From: Vulcanimicrobiales bacterium
GTDB lineage: Bacteria; Vulcanimicrobiota; Vulcanimicrobiia; Vulcanimicrobiales; Vulcanimicrobiaceae
Length of the DNA: 64,000 bases
Assembly: GCA_038231455.1 (NCBI GenBank)
Contig: JBBRLI010000005.1
Span: 96,001-160,000 of the forward strand
Reading direction: 5' to 3'
In this document: piece by piece, positions 46,468 through 56,011 of the stretch
Layout: each line of letters starts with the position of its first letter
How positions within the stretch are numbered: position 1 is the stretch's first letter
The notes under the pieces: generated by a model
What the model was told of the DNA's origin: nothing
Seen by the model: the letters and a program-made list of their open reading frames with translations, nothing else
Databases searched by the model: none
Made by a program: the position numbers and the translations under genes

Positions 46468-48572
46468 ACGAACGCATCTTTAACAACCGCTACCGCATCG
46501 AAAGCCGCCTTGGCAACGGCGGTATGGCGATCGTCTACGCCGGCACGGATACGTTGCTGCGCCGCCGCGTCGCCGTCAAAGTGTTGCGCGATCAATATGC
46601 GGCGGATGACGATTTTGTGAAGCGCTTCTATTACGAAGCACAGTCCGCAGCGAAACTCTCGCATCCCAATATCGTCAACGTGTACGACGTTGGTCGCGAA
46701 GGCGACGAGTACTTCATCGTCATGGAACTCGTCGACGGCGAGACATTGGCCGAGCAAATCGGACCGCACAAGTCGATCCCCGAAACGGTCGCGATCGACT
46801 ACGCGGCGCAGATTGCAAGTGGCCTTGCCTACGCCCACCGGCAAGGCATCCTGCACCGCGATATCAAGCCCGCCAACATCTTGATCACCAAAGACGATGT
46901 CGTGAAGCTTTCCGATTTTGGTATCGCGCGCGCAGTCGCCGAAAACGCAAGCGGCGTCACGCAGCCGGGCATGGTGATGGGTAGCGTCTATTACATTTCT
47001 CCCGAGCAAGCGCAAGGATTCGAGATCGACGAGACATCCGATCTCTACGCGCTCGGTGTGGTCATCTATCAGTTGATCACCCGCACCTTACCGTACGTTG
47101 GCGATAACCCGGTCACCGTCGCGCTCAAACACGTGAGCGATCCGGTGCCGGTCTTACCCGAGGGTAGTGCGAGCCCCGCGCTTGCCTCGATCGTCACGCG
47201 ACTCTTGCAGAAGAATCCGCGCGATCGGTTCCAATCCGCAAGCGATGTCGCGACGGCCTTGCGCGAAGCGCGCGAACGCCCCACCGTCATGCAGAACGTG
47301 GGTGTCGGCGCGATGGCGGACGGTGCGACGATGCCGATCCCGATCGTGCGCGCGCCACAACCTCCGCCTCGCCGCGCTTCCTCTGCAGAACGTCCGCTGC
47401 TTCAGGATCACACGCCGCCGAACGGTGTCCCGCGCGTGCCGCTCGAGGTCGTACAGCCGGGTCCGCGACAGCCGGCGATCTGGATCGGTCTGCTCGCCCT
47501 GTTGCTCGTCGCCGCAACGGCCGGCTTCATCTTGTTTGGCCGTTCGACAGCGCTGTTCGGGCCGCCGAAGAATATTGCGCTCCCGGATCTCTCCGGCGAG
47601 TCCTCCGCGCAGGCTCAACAAGCGATCATCAAACTGGGGCTCGTCCCGCGCGTCAGCGTAACGACCGATCCGAGCGTCGCGCCCGACCGCGTCATCAGTG
47701 AATTACCGGCGAGCGGGACGAAACTCGCGCAAGGCGACGTCGTTGCGCTCGTCGTGAGCAGTGGTGCGCCGCTCGTCGACGTCCCCGACGTCCGGGGCTA
47801 CACCCGCGCCGCAGCGCAGCGCGAACTCGACCAAACCAAATTCAAAGCGCGCTTCGATGAAAAGTTCGGAAAAGAACCCAAAGACACCGTCATTGCCGAG
47901 TCCGGCATCGGTACGCGTTTACGCGAGGGTTCGGTCATCACGCTCGTAGTTTCCAAAGGTCTCGAACTGCCGCTGGTGCCGAGCGTCGTGAGTTTACCGC
48001 TTGACGATGCCACCGCACAGTTAGCAAAGATCGGACTCAAACTTGTCGTCACCGACCGTCAGGCAAGTGACAACATTCCCGCCAATACGATTGCCTCGCA
48101 AGATCCCAAAAGCGGTGTGCGCGTCGATCCGGGCACGACAATCCAGGTGGTCTTGAGTACCGGCGCGTCGCTCATCGGCGTTCCCGATGTTGGCGATAAG
48201 ACGCGCGGCGAGGCAAGTGATGCGCTGCGCGCCGCCGGGTTCGTGCCCGACATCGGGTACAGCGTGCAGCCCTCGGATGCAAGTGGAAAAGTGATCTCGC
48301 AAACGCCCGCCGCAAGCGTGCAAGCACATCGCGGATCGACCGTTAAACTTCTCATCGCCGTGCCGGGCACCGTGCCGGATGTCTCTGGTATGACCCTGGT
48401 CGATGCCAAGCACGCGATCGAACTTGCGGGCTATAGCGTTGGTAACATTACCTACGTTCAAACGGGTGAAGAAGGCAAAGTCATCCGCACGGAACCCGAA
48501 GCCAACGCCTCGCTCACACCCGGCGGCGCCGCCGTCACGCTGTACTACAACCAGCCGAGCGCGCCGAAATAG
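46464..48572 (+). CDS. pknB: Ser/Thr protein kinase with PASTA repeats
   Basis: LGNGGMA, VAVK, HRDIKPANIL, DFGIAR, SPEQ; TM helix; repeated LPDL/VPDV/VPSV PASTA starts. Confidence 0.95.
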   Translation: MNERIFNNRYRIESRLGNGGMAIVYAGTDTLLRRRVAVKVLRDQYAADDDFVKRFYYEAQSAAKLSHPNIVNVYDVGREGDEYFIVMELVDGETLAEQIGPHKSIPETVAIDYAAQIASGLAYAHRQGILHRDIKPANILITKDDVVKLSDFGIARAVAENASGVTQPGMVMGSVYYISPEQAQGFEIDETSDLYALGVVIYQLITRTLPYVGDNPVTVALKHVSDPVPVLPEGSASPALASIVTRLLQKNPRDRFQSASDVATALREARERPTVMQNVGVGAMADGATMPIPIVRAPQPPPRRASSAERPLLQDHTPPNGVPRVPLEVVQPGPRQPAIWIGLLALLLVAATAGFILFGRSTALFGPPKNIALPDLSGESSAQAQQAIIKLGLVPRVSVTTDPSVAPDRVISELPASGTKLAQGDVVALVVSSGAPLVDVPDVRGYTRAAAQRELDQTKFKARFDEKFGKEPKDTVIAESGIGTRLREGSVITLVVSKGLELPLVPSVVSLPLDDATAQLAKIGLKLVVTDRQASDNIPANTIASQDPKSGVRVDPGTTIQVVLSTGASLIGVPDVGDKTRGEASDALRAAGFVPDIGYSVQPSDASGKVISQTPAASVQAHRGSTVKLLIAVPGTVPDVSGMTLVDAKHAIELAGYSVGNITYVQTGEEGKVIRTEPEANASLTPGGAAVTLYYNQPSAPK

Positions 48573-49120
48573 TGCGCCGTATCCTCGGTGTCGATCCGGG
48601 ATTGCGAACGACGGGGTATGGCGTGATCGCCTGCGAGAACGGGCGGTACACCCTTGTCGAGGGCGGCGTCCTCCAGCCCTCGCCGAATGTGCCGCTCGAA
48701 AAGCGCCTTGCGCAGTTGCACGCGGGGATGGTCGACGTCGTGCAAACGACCAAACCCGATTGCATGGTCGTCGAAGAGCTGTGGACCAATTATAAAAATC
48801 CGACGACGGCCGTACTTATGGGACACGCGCGCGGCGTGATTGCGCTTGCGGCAGGCACGGCCGGTATCCCAATGCACGACCTCGCACATTCGCTCGTAAA
48901 ACGTGCGCTCGCCGGCAGCGGTTCTGCGAAGAAAGATCAGGTCGGCGGGATGGTTGTCGCACTGCTCGGATTGAAGAAATTGCCAACACCAAACGACGTG
49001 ACTGACGCGCTCGCCCTTGCGATCGCGTTCGCCAATATCGAAATGCAAAACGAACGCTTTGCCGATCGCGGTGTGAGGTTGCCAACGCGCCGTTCGATTC
49101 CGACGCAGCTCGCGCGTTAG
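48572..49120 (+). CDS. ruvC: Holliday junction resolvase
   Basis: ILGVDPG...GYGV, VEE, GHARGV, GSGSAKKDQV, DVTDALALA. Confidence 0.95.
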   Translation: MRRILGVDPGLRTTGYGVIACENGRYTLVEGGVLQPSPNVPLEKRLAQLHAGMVDVVQTTKPDCMVVEELWTNYKNPTTAVLMGHARGVIALAAGTAGIPMHDLAHSLVKRALAGSGSAKKDQVGGMVVALLGLKKLPTPNDVTDALALAIAFANIEMQNERFADRGVRLPTRRSIPTQLAR

Positions 49121-49122
49121 CG

Positions 49123-49740
49123 ATGTTCTCACGTATTTCCGGATCGCTGGTCGAACGCGGCGACGATTATGCGATTCTCGAGACAGGGGGGCTGGGCTAC
49201 GAAGTCTTCTTGCCGCCGTGCGTCGCTGAAAAAGTCTCGAGCACTATGGGCGCAGCGGTAGCCCTTGAGATCTACGCGCAACTCTCGATCGACGGCAACG
49301 CCGGACGCTTCACCTATTTTGGATTTACCAACGGCGTCGAACGCGAATTTTTCGAGGCGCTCATCTCCGTTGCAAGTATCGGCCCGAAGTCGGCGGCACG
49401 CGCGTTTTCCGCGCCCATGGCACGTATCGCTCGCGCGATCGACGAAGGCGATCACGTCTTCCTGAAAACGTTGCCGGGGATCGGACAGCAGAAGGCGCGC
49501 GACATCGTCGCGAAACTCCAAGGTAAAGTGACCCGCTTTCTGCTGATCCAAGACGCGCCCGATGCCGCGCTGCCGCCGATACCGGATTTCGCAACCGAAG
49601 CGCTAGCCGTGCTCTTGCAACTCGCCTATAAGCGTCCGGAAGCCGAGGCCATGATCGCGCAGACGCTCGAGAGCGCGCCGCAGATCGCCGATGCCGAGTC
49701 GCTCCTCGCCGAGATTTACCGGCGTCGGCCGCGCACGTGA
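49123..49740 (+). CDS. ruvA: Holliday junction branch migration protein
   Basis: [26 protein letters not shown]; lies between ruvC and ruvB. Confidence 0.92.
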   Translation: MFSRISGSLVERGDDYAILETGGLGYEVFLPPCVAEKVSSTMGAAVALEIYAQLSIDGNAGRFTYFGFTNGVEREFFEALISVASIGPKSAARAFSAPMARIARAIDEGDHVFLKTLPGIGQQKARDIVAKLQGKVTRFLLIQDAPDAALPPIPDFATEALAVLLQLAYKRPEAEAMIAQTLESAPQIADAESLLAEIYRRRPRT

Positions 49741-50819
49741 GCGACGTCCGCAAGCGTATCGTCGATGGCAGCGATATCGTCGCGAGCGACGTGCCCGAAG
49801 CACGAGTCCTTGACCCCGCAAGTCCGCTTGCCGAAGACGTCTACGGCGCAAAACTCCGCCCGCATACCTTTGAAGAATACGTCGGTCAATCGCAGATCGT
49901 CGACAACCTGCGCATCGCAATCGACGCTGCGCGCAAACGCGGCGAGACGCTCGACCACGTGCTCTTCAGCGGCCCGCCGGGACTGGGCAAAACGACGCTT
50001 GCGGGCTTGATCGCACGCGAACTCGGCGGTGGATTTCATGCAACCTCGGGACCGTCGCTCGACAAACCCAAAGACCTCGTCGGGATTCTCACGCAACTCG
50101 AAGAAGGCGACATTCTCTTCATCGATGAGATCCATCGTCTCGGCAGTGTCGTTGAAGAATACCTGTATCCGGCGATGGAAGATTTTCAGATCGACTTTGT
50201 CGTCGATCGCGGCGCGTACGCAAAGACGCTCAAGTTGCCGCTCAAAACGTTTACGCTCGTCGGCGCGACAACGCGTGCGGGGATGCTTTCTGCACCTCTA
50301 CGCGACCGCTTTGGCATCAGCCACCATCTCGATTATTACGAGCAAGACGAACTCGAATCGATCGTTACGCGCAGCGCCAGTGTGCTCGGCATCGCAATCG
50401 AAGAGAACGGAGCGGCAACGATCGCCGCGCGCAGCCGCGGCACACCGCGTATCGCAAACCGCCTCTTGCGCCGCGTGCGCGACTACGCCGAAGTGCGTGC
50501 CGAAGGCGTGATTACCGCTGCCGTCGCCGATGAGGCGTTGCGGCGGGAAGGGGTCGATTCGCTCGGCCTCGACCGGCTCGACCGCGCCTATCTCACCACG
50601 ATCGCGCAGCAGTATGCCGGCGGGCCGGTGGGAATCAATGCGCTCGCGGCAACGTTGACCGAAGACGTGGAGACACTCGAGGACGTCGTGGAACCCTATC
50701 TGCTCAAAACCGGCTTCGTCGCGCGAACCGCAAGCGGCCGCAAAATTACGCTTGCCGCACTGCGTCATTTAGAGATTCCGGCGCCACGCGCAAGTGGTGC
50801 CCAAGAGCGGCTCCTGTAG
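49737..50819 (+). CDS. ruvB: Holliday junction branch migration helicase
   Basis: [52 protein letters not shown]. Confidence 0.97.
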   Translation: MSDVRKRIVDGSDIVASDVPEARVLDPASPLAEDVYGAKLRPHTFEEYVGQSQIVDNLRIAIDAARKRGETLDHVLFSGPPGLGKTTLAGLIARELGGGFHATSGPSLDKPKDLVGILTQLEEGDILFIDEIHRLGSVVEEYLYPAMEDFQIDFVVDRGAYAKTLKLPLKTFTLVGATTRAGMLSAPLRDRFGISHHLDYYEQDELESIVTRSASVLGIAIEENGAATIAARSRGTPRIANRLLRRVRDYAEVRAEGVITAAVADEALRREGVDSLGLDRLDRAYLTTIAQQYAGGPVGINALAATLTEDVETLEDVVEPYLLKTGFVARTASGRKITLAALRHLEIPAPRASGAQERLL

Positions 50820-51829
50820 TGCAGCGCAGCTCGTTCGTCGCGGCGACCGGCGCGTTGATCCTCAGTACGCGCGCATCGGCTCGCGCCAGTGGAGGTTTAG
50901 ATCTCGGCGCCGAGCCTGCGCGGCCGATTCGTATTCTGCTTACGAGCGGCCATACGGGAGATGCGCCAAGTGCCGGGCCCAGCGGCTTTGCCTACGCCGG
51001 TAAGAGCTATCGCGGAACGGCGCGCGTCGTCGATCTTGGGGCGGGACGCAGCGGCATCGTCGCCGTGATGGACGTCGAAGAGTACCTCTACGGTGTCTTG
51101 CCGATCGAGGCGTCCTCGGGTTGGCCTTCTGCCGCGCTCGAAGCGCAAGCGATCGTCGCGCGAACCTACGCGCTCGGACGCCGCTCGCTCTCGCGCCCCT
51201 ACGACGTCCTCGCCTCAGATAGCGATCAGCAGTACGGCGGCGTTGAACGCGAGACACCGATGACGAATGCAGCGGTCGAGGCGACGCGCGGCATGACCGT
51301 CGCGTACGGCGGCGGCGCGGCAAGCGTCTTTTATATGGCGTGCTGCGGCGGTCACACGGCCGACGCCGCAGAGCTCTGGGGGCGTGCCCCGCTTGCGTAT
51401 CTGCGTGGCGTCCCCGATCCGCACTGCGTTCCGGCGCCGGATTATCGCTGGAAACGGTCCGTTCCCATGGATCGCGTTCTGGCCGCATTTCACGCGCCGA
51501 ACAGCGTGCCCGACCATTTTGAGCTCGATGCGCCCGACTCCAGCGGTCGTCCGCGGACGGTGGCGGCCGTCTCGGGGAGCGGTCGCTTGACCCTCGCGGC
51601 GTCCGATTTCCGCCGCCTCGTCGGCGCGGACGTGATACGCAGCACGCTCCTCCGCACGATTGCCATCGATTCCTCGCAGGCGCCGCCGCTCGTCGTCATC
51701 GAAGGTTCGGGACGTGGACATGGGGTTGGCATGTGTCAATGGGGCGCGCGATTTATGGCAGGCGATGGCTTTGGAGCCGATCGCATCATCGCGTTCTATT
51801 TTCCGGGAACGACGATAGCACGTGGCTGA
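50819..51829 (+). CDS. SpoIID/LytB domain lytic transglycosylase
   Basis: YRG, EEYLYGV, ALEAQAIVARTYA, DQQYGG, CGGHT, GRGHGVGMCQWGA. Confidence 0.9.
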   Translation: MQRSSFVAATGALILSTRASARASGGLDLGAEPARPIRILLTSGHTGDAPSAGPSGFAYAGKSYRGTARVVDLGAGRSGIVAVMDVEEYLYGVLPIEASSGWPSAALEAQAIVARTYALGRRSLSRPYDVLASDSDQQYGGVERETPMTNAAVEATRGMTVAYGGGAASVFYMACCGGHTADAAELWGRAPLAYLRGVPDPHCVPAPDYRWKRSVPMDRVLAAFHAPNSVPDHFELDAPDSSGRPRTVAAVSGSGRLTLAASDFRRLVGADVIRSTLLRTIAIDSSQAPPLVVIEGSGRGHGVGMCQWGARFMAGDGFGADRIIAFYFPGTTIARG

Positions 51830-52208
51830 AGAGAACAAGCCCGACGCCGCGCCGAGCGAAGATGACAAGCGCAATGCCACCGTTGGAGTGCGCCTGCGCA
51901 AATACATCGATGTCGTGGTCGAAGACAAACTGTCGTACACGCTCTTTCGCTGCGCGATCGCCGATATTTCGCCAACCGGATTTCGTATTATCTCCGAACA
52001 GTATATGGCCAAAGGCACGAAATACGAATTCACGATGAAACGCAGTCCGTTTCTCGTCTTGCGCGGTGAAGTGCGCTGGGTGCGGCCGTACGAACGCGAC
52101 ACCTTCCAGGTCGGCGTGCTCTTCATCGACGTAAAAGAAGAAGACCGCCGCCGGCTCACGGCGTTTCTTGAGATGGAACGGCAGCGCGTTTTCACGCACG
52201 ACATGTGA
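51822..52208 (+). CDS. PilZ domain protein
   Basis: DISPTG (DxSxxG), GEVRWVR, GVLF pattern. Confidence 0.8.
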   Translation: MAEENKPDAAPSEDDKRNATVGVRLRKYIDVVVEDKLSYTLFRCAIADISPTGFRIISEQYMAKGTKYEFTMKRSPFLVLRGEVRWVRPYERDTFQVGVLFIDVKEEDRRRLTAFLEMERQRVFTHDM

Positions 52209-53272
52209 GCGAGCGCGACGTTGCGACCTACGATTATACGCTCCCCGAGGATCGGATCGCCCACGTTCCCGCGGACCGACGCGATGAATCACGGCTGATG
52301 ATCGTGGCCGGCGACACGCTGGTCGACCGTCGTTTTTCCGATCTTCCCGATTCCTTGATCGCGGGTGACGTGCTTGTGATCAACGAAACGCGCGTCATTC
52401 GCGCGCGACTGCACGGCACGCGCGCGGGAGGCGGCAAAGCCGAGGTCTTACTCCTCGCCCCAAGCGGCGGCGGCGGGTACGATCCAAGCGAGCGCGCGTG
52501 GCTCGCACTGGTTCGACCGGGGCGGCGCCTCGGTGTCGGCGCGGAGATTCACTTCGGTGATGCACGTGCGAGGATCGTGCGCGTCCTCGATGACGGACCG
52601 CGAATCGTCGAATTCGCGCTTGGGACCGATCTCGAAGCGCTGATGCGCGAGCACGGTGAATTACCGTTGCCTCCGTACGTCGGACCCGGCGATGCAGCGC
52701 GATCCGAGCGTTATCAAACCGTTTTTGCGCGGGTTCCCGGCAGCGTCGCCGCGCCGACCGCGTCGCTCCACTTCACAACCGATCTGCTCGAACGTATCCG
52801 CGACCGCGGCGTCACGATCGTGCCGCTGGTGCTCGACGTCGGCATTGGAACGTTCCGGCCGATGAGCGGAACGACACTCGACGAACACGTTATGCATGCC
52901 GAACGCTTCGCGATTCCACCCGAGACAGCCGACGCCGTTAACGCCGCACGCGCCGCTGGGCGTCGCGTCATCGCGGCGGGCACGACGGTGCTGCGGGCAC
53001 TCGAGGGCGCAGCCGAATTTCACGATCCGCTTCGAGCGGGACCGGGCGCGACCAACCTCTTTATCACACCGGGCTTTGCCTTTCGCGTCGTCGACGCGCT
53101 CGTCACGAATTTCCATTTGCCGAAATCGACGTTGCTCGTCCTCGTAAGCGCCTTTGGCGGCGGTCGCCAAGTGCGCGCCGCCTACGAGCACGCCATTCGC
53201 GAACATTACCGTTTCTTTTCATTCGGGGATGCCATGTTGCTCGCGCGGGCGACGCCCGAACAACTAGAATAA
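52205..53272 (+). CDS. queA: S-adenosylmethionine:tRNA ribosyltransferase-isomerase
   Basis: YDYTLPEDRIA, NETRVI, PLPPY, YQTVFA, AAPTASLHF, TNFHLPKSTL, YRFFSFGDAM. Confidence 0.96.
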   Translation: MSERDVATYDYTLPEDRIAHVPADRRDESRLMIVAGDTLVDRRFSDLPDSLIAGDVLVINETRVIRARLHGTRAGGGKAEVLLLAPSGGGGYDPSERAWLALVRPGRRLGVGAEIHFGDARARIVRVLDDGPRIVEFALGTDLEALMREHGELPLPPYVGPGDAARSERYQTVFARVPGSVAAPTASLHFTTDLLERIRDRGVTIVPLVLDVGIGTFRPMSGTTLDEHVMHAERFAIPPETADAVNAARAAGRRVIAAGTTVLRALEGAAEFHDPLRAGPGATNLFITPGFAFRVVDALVTNFHLPKSTLLVLVSAFGGGRQVRAAYEHAIREHYRFFSFGDAMLLARATPEQLE

Positions 53273-53296
53273 GCGGGTGGTCCTCAAAGTGTAAAC

Positions 53297-56011
53297 ATGC
53301 GCTCCCCACGTGCTTCCGGGCTGAGCTTGGCTACGTTCGCGACGACCGTCGCTCAGCGGCGCGCTGCCTATGGCGCTGCGGCCCTCATTGCCGCGGTCGT
53401 CCTGGGATCGCTGCCATTTGCATCGCTGCGTGGCAAGCCGGTACCGGCCTTCATGGCGATCAACGTGACGATGATTGCGATCATCGACTTTGTGACCGCG
53501 TTCTTACTCTTCCGGCAGGGGATCGCGGGTGCATTGCGACCCATCGCGATTTTGGGAGCGGCATATCTCTTTACCGGAACGATTGTCATTGCGTATCTGA
53601 TGGCGTTCCCCGATAGTGCGGGCACGTTTTCATTCGGCGCCGGCCCCCAAAGCGCGATCTGGATTTGGGTGGCGTGGAAAATCGGTTTCATCGCGCTTAT
53701 TCTCAGCGCCGTCCGAGACGAATACCGTGATCCCAGACGTCTCCTTTCGCGCGCTGACCTACAGCAACTTTTCAGCTGGCTTCCAGCCCTTATCGTTGGG
53801 AGTGTTTTCCTCATGGCGTGGTATGCAATCGCGCACGGAGATCGCCTACCGCCGCTGATCGTCGAGCGTGCTTATACACCGCTCTTTCTGCAAGTGCTCT
53901 GCCCGCTGATCGCACTTGGTTGCGCCGTATGTGCAGGTCTGCTTTTGGCGCGCTCGCGCGGATCGAACGTCGCACACCTCTGGCTGACGATCACCTGTGT
54001 TGCCGTCGCGGCGGAAGTGCTCATGACGGGACTCGGCGCGACACGATATAGCGTCGGATTCTACGCAGCGCGCGTCGAATCACTCGTCGCAGCAAGCGTC
54101 GTTCTTTTCGCGCTCCTGCAACAGAGCGGGCGTCTCGCCGATGCCATTGCCGCGGCCGAGCGTCAGGCGCGTGCGATCGTCGAGAATGTTGCCGATGCGT
54201 TGCTCACCGTTGACGCGTCCGGGCGCATCACCGACGTCAATCCGGCCGCGTGCAAACTTTTCGAATCCGAACGTAATGCCTTTGCGCGCATCGATGAGGT
54301 CATCGTCGACTTCGCCTTCGTGCGACGGTCACAACGTGGAGCGAGCTCCTTCGAGGCGGTCGGCCGTACCACCAGCGGCCGCTCGTTCCCGCTTGAAGTG
54401 ACGGTCGGCGGCGCGGGCGATCCGATCGATACGACGGAGGGCCCCTCCACGATCATCATCGCGCGAGATATCACCGCGCGCAAACGGGCCGAATCGGCAA
54501 TCGCCGTCGCGCGGGATCAAGCAATTGAAACATCGCGTCTCAAAGCCCAGTTTCTTGCAACGATGAGTCATGAAATACGAACGCCGATCAACGGCGTGAT
54601 CGGGATGACCGAACTCCTGTTGGGAACGGAACTTGCCGGCGAGCGCCGCTCGTTTGCCGAGACGGTGCGTGACTCCGCCGAGTCGCTGCTCGAAGTGATC
54701 AACAATATTCTGGATTTCTCGAAAATCGAAGCCGGAAAATTCGAGCTCGAGTCGATCGCGTTCTCGCCCGGCGATACGCTCGAGGCATCCGCCGAAATTC
54801 TGGCACCGAACGCTCAAGCAAAAGGCATCGGACTCCTCACCTTCGTCGATCCAAGCGTCCCGAGCGCCGTGATCGGCGATTCAAACCGGCTGCGTCAAGT
54901 GCTGCTCAATCTTGTCGGCAATGCGATCAAATTCACCGAGGCGGGCAACGTGACGTTACGGTTGACGCGCGACTCCGCTCCGCGGCGACTGCGCTTCTCG
55001 GTCAGCGACTCCGGGATCGGGATCTCGACGACGATGCGCGATGCACTCTTCGAACCGTTCCGGCAAGGAGACGGCTCGGCTAAACGACGTTACGGCGGAA
55101 GCGGTCTTGGACTTTCGATCTCGCAAAAACTCATCGCAATGATGGGTGGGTCGATCGAAGTTGATTCGACGCTTGGCTCCGGCTCGCACTTTTGGTTTAC
55201 GGTTCCTGTCGAAATTCTTGACGGGGTTTCAAGCGACCGTCCAGCGTTGCCCGACGGGTTCGCGGCGCTTGTCGTCGATTCGAACGACACGGCTTCTGCG
55301 ATCGTACGGGCGTATATCGAATCATGGGGCGGTCGCGTGCAAACCGTCGCTAGCGTTCAATCAGCTGCGCGGGTGGCGCAAGCGTTCGACGTCGTACTCG
55401 TCGATTCGGCGGTCGGCGATTTCTATGCGCTGCAGGGCGCCGCGCCGCGCATCGTGCTCTGTGCCGATTCCGAGACCGGACGCGCGGCTCTGGAGCGCGG
55501 CTTTGCAAGTTTCGTTCGTAAGCCGCTGCGCCGCGCGCCGCTCTTCGATGCAGTCGCGCTCGCACTCACCGGCGCAAAACAAGCGCCCGTCCTCGGCGAT
55601 CATGCTGGGCCACAAGACCGGCATCCGGGCACGGTGATTTTACTTGCCGAAGATCATCCGGTCAATCAAAAACTTGCGCTTCGACAATTGGAGAAACTTG
55701 GCTACGTCGCGCACGCCGTTGCGAACGGGCGCGAGGCCGTCGAGGCGGTTGCAACCGGCGCGTATACGCTCGTGCTGATGGATTGTCAGATGCCGGTGCT
55801 CGATGGGTTTGGTGCCGCGCGCTCGATCCGGACGAACGAACGCGCTACGGGCGCGCACATTCCGATCGTCGCAATGACGGCGAACGCCTTCGATTCGGAT
55901 CGCGACGCGTGTCTTGCTGCCGGGATGGATGGCTATCTTTCCAAACCGGTCCAAATGAGCGCGCTCGCCGCAGAGATCGAACGCTTCACCGAAGCCGTGC
56001 GCGCGCAATGA
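53297..56011 (+). CDS. hybrid sensor histidine kinase (MASE4-like membrane domain, PAS, HisKA, HATPase, 2 REC)
   Basis: Multi-TM N-terminus; FLATMSHEIRTPIN, NLVGNAIKFT, DSGIG, GSGLGL; terminal REC LMDCQMP...KP. Confidence 0.92.
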   Translation: MRSPRASGLSLATFATTVAQRRAAYGAAALIAAVVLGSLPFASLRGKPVPAFMAINVTMIAIIDFVTAFLLFRQGIAGALRPIAILGAAYLFTGTIVIAYLMAFPDSAGTFSFGAGPQSAIWIWVAWKIGFIALILSAVRDEYRDPRRLLSRADLQQLFSWLPALIVGSVFLMAWYAIAHGDRLPPLIVERAYTPLFLQVLCPLIALGCAVCAGLLLARSRGSNVAHLWLTITCVAVAAEVLMTGLGATRYSVGFYAARVESLVAASVVLFALLQQSGRLADAIAAAERQARAIVENVADALLTVDASGRITDVNPAACKLFESERNAFARIDEVIVDFAFVRRSQRGASSFEAVGRTTSGRSFPLEVTVGGAGDPIDTTEGPSTIIIARDITARKRAESAIAVARDQAIETSRLKAQFLATMSHEIRTPINGVIGMTELLLGTELAGERRSFAETVRDSAESLLEVINNILDFSKIEAGKFELESIAFSPGDTLEASAEILAPNAQAKGIGLLTFVDPSVPSAVIGDSNRLRQVLLNLVGNAIKFTEAGNVTLRLTRDSAPRRLRFSVSDSGIGISTTMRDALFEPFRQGDGSAKRRYGGSGLGLSISQKLIAMMGGSIEVDSTLGSGSHFWFTVPVEILDGVSSDRPALPDGFAALVVDSNDTASAIVRAYIESWGGRVQTVASVQSAARVAQAFDVVLVDSAVGDFYALQGAAPRIVLCADSETGRAALERGFASFVRKPLRRAPLFDAVALALTGAKQAPVLGDHAGPQDRHPGTVILLAEDHPVNQKLALRQLEKLGYVAHAVANGREAVEAVATGAYTLVLMDCQMPVLDGFGAARSIRTNERATGAHIPIVAMTANAFDSDRDACLAAGMDGYLSKPVQMSALAAEIERFTEAVRAQ

